A DNA stretch of 63,767 bases, filler included, from Octopus bimaculoides (taxonomy: Eukaryota), in NCBI RefSeq assembly GCF_001194135.2. It is 4 parts of 4 records of this genome, joined end to end, with 100 filler letters (N's around TTAATTAATTAA, not from the genome) between each part and the next. Parts side by side here need not be neighbours in the genome. Positions count along the whole stretch, not along the records: positions 61,908 to 63,767 come from NC_068998.1; 3 more parts are not named here. One strand, 5' to 3'. Both the position numbers and the translations under genes were made by a program. Numbering within the stretch: the first letter of the stretch is position 1; each line of letters opens with the position of its first letter. Positions 62,184 through 63,767 of this stretch are shown one piece after another. The notes beneath the pieces were generated by a model. That model was given only the letters and a program-made list of their open reading frames with translations, was not told the DNA's origin and made no database searches.

Positions 62184-63767
62184 TAGAGAGAGAGAGGGGA
62201 GATTGTAGGAACGCTGATTATATATATATCGGCAACATAACGTTCTACATACCAAGTACAAATGTGGATGGGTTTCACATGTATAATACAGTGGGTTAAT
62301 AAACATCGATTACCTGAAACTATTCATGCTATAACAAGATAAAAACTTCCTTAAAGGTCATTTAAAACCATAACACGACAAACAAGATTGATAGTTTAGA
62401 TACGATCATTTTATTGAAATTTTTTGATATCATATATTATAGTGAATTAGGTCTTTAAAAGAAATGGCGAAAGCAAAGAGCATGTTTCAGTCTTATTAAA
62501 CCTCTTCAACCAAAAAAATTAAGAGATCAGTTAAAGATAGAATATCATAAAATATACTTCGTTGTAATGACATTATGTGTAATTGATTTTTTTTTTTTAC
62601 TTTATTATCATACGAGTTGCAGTCGTTGAAGGAGGAAAATTTACTATATGGAAATGAAAGTGAAGTGTTAAAATTACGGGTATCGGAAAGTATCAGTGTT
62701 TATAAGTGAATTAAGATTGAAAAGAAAATTAGAGAAGGTACGGCAATTCTTGGTAAATATTAAGTACTGATTCATTCTGATATATGAGAAATAAAAATGA
62801 TTTGAAAATATCAGTGTGTTGGTATAATATATAGTAATATCATGAGTGTCTGTTATTGTTAGATTACAGAGGGAAATACAGAGTATGTAATAGTTCATGG
62901 TGAATACTTAAATATTGATTCATTCAGCAGACGGTATGATCTTAAAGTGCTTCAGAAGATACTTATCGAAGTGGCTACATTTGGCGATAATCTGCGGACT
63001 GTAATTTTTGATAGTTTTCTTCTTTTTGTATATACGTAGTTTTTCAGCCATGCATAATCCGCAAATTCATGTCGCATTCTTGTATGATCTGCATCACTCA
63101 ACTACCTTCTACTTTAAGTAGAAATCTGAAAGTAGTGGCATATTCTTTCATATTCCTTACATAGTTGGATAGTTTTGTTGTACTCTGCTTTTCAAAATTT
63201 CTAAACGAAGAAATAATGTTTGACGTATCGTTTTTTTCTTTAATTTACTTTCTACTATACCTACATGATGTTTACGCACGATGTTATGGTTTGGTTTGGT
63301 TTGGGGCAATGCGGTGCAGTGCAGTTTTGTTAAGTGGCGGTGATTCCATTATAAAATCGATTCAGAGTTGACTTTCTAATTAGAGGGACTCGCGCTTGTT
63401 GTATTTCGGCATGTACAGCTTATCTCAATTAATTTAACTGGATTATTATTAAGATTTTCAAGCTGTGACACAGCTGTAACTCAATTTAATGTTGTTTCCA
63501 TTGAATATCTTTATGTAGTACTGGTCGATTAGAAAATGTTCGTGTAACTAAGAGGGTTTTAGTAATTCCAGGTTCAGTATTTAAAGGGAAGATGCGTGAA
63601 CCAAATAATATTTCTTTCAACTATTAGATGGTGAGGAGAAGGTACGGTTATTTTTTCTGATTTTATCGTTGTATTCACTAGCTTCTATTGCTTTATTCTA
63701 ATAAAGTACCGCCTTGTCATAGAGTGTGCGAATGTGTGAGCATTTATATATATATATATATATATAT

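Overview
AT-rich, gap-ridden draft eukaryotic genomic DNA. Its tRNA-derived SINE families and extreme microsatellite load suggest a coleoid cephalopod (Octopus-like); this is an inference. I cannot support any host protein-coding gene, rRNA, tRNA or CRISPR array. The window is a graveyard of decayed transposons: RTE, Tx1/L1-like, R4/Dong, HERO-like and CRE-like non-LTR fragments; Penelope-like elements (PLEs, including Naiad-type GIY-YIG ends); mariner/Tc1, Academ-like, Helitron and MITE remnants; and many SINEs. The most notable signal is nine type-I hammerhead ribozyme (HHR) motifs from at least eight unrelated sequence families. Three share an unusually long (56-60 nt) structured stem II, one sits in the loop of a 45-bp-arm hairpin, and two form a head-to-head pair. 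Several retroelements sit at specific microsatellites ((CATA)n, (AAT)n/(AAC)n). TE boundaries are hand-read and approximate (about +/-10-30 bp) unless stated as exact. All pairings and translations were read by eye; no search or folding program was run.
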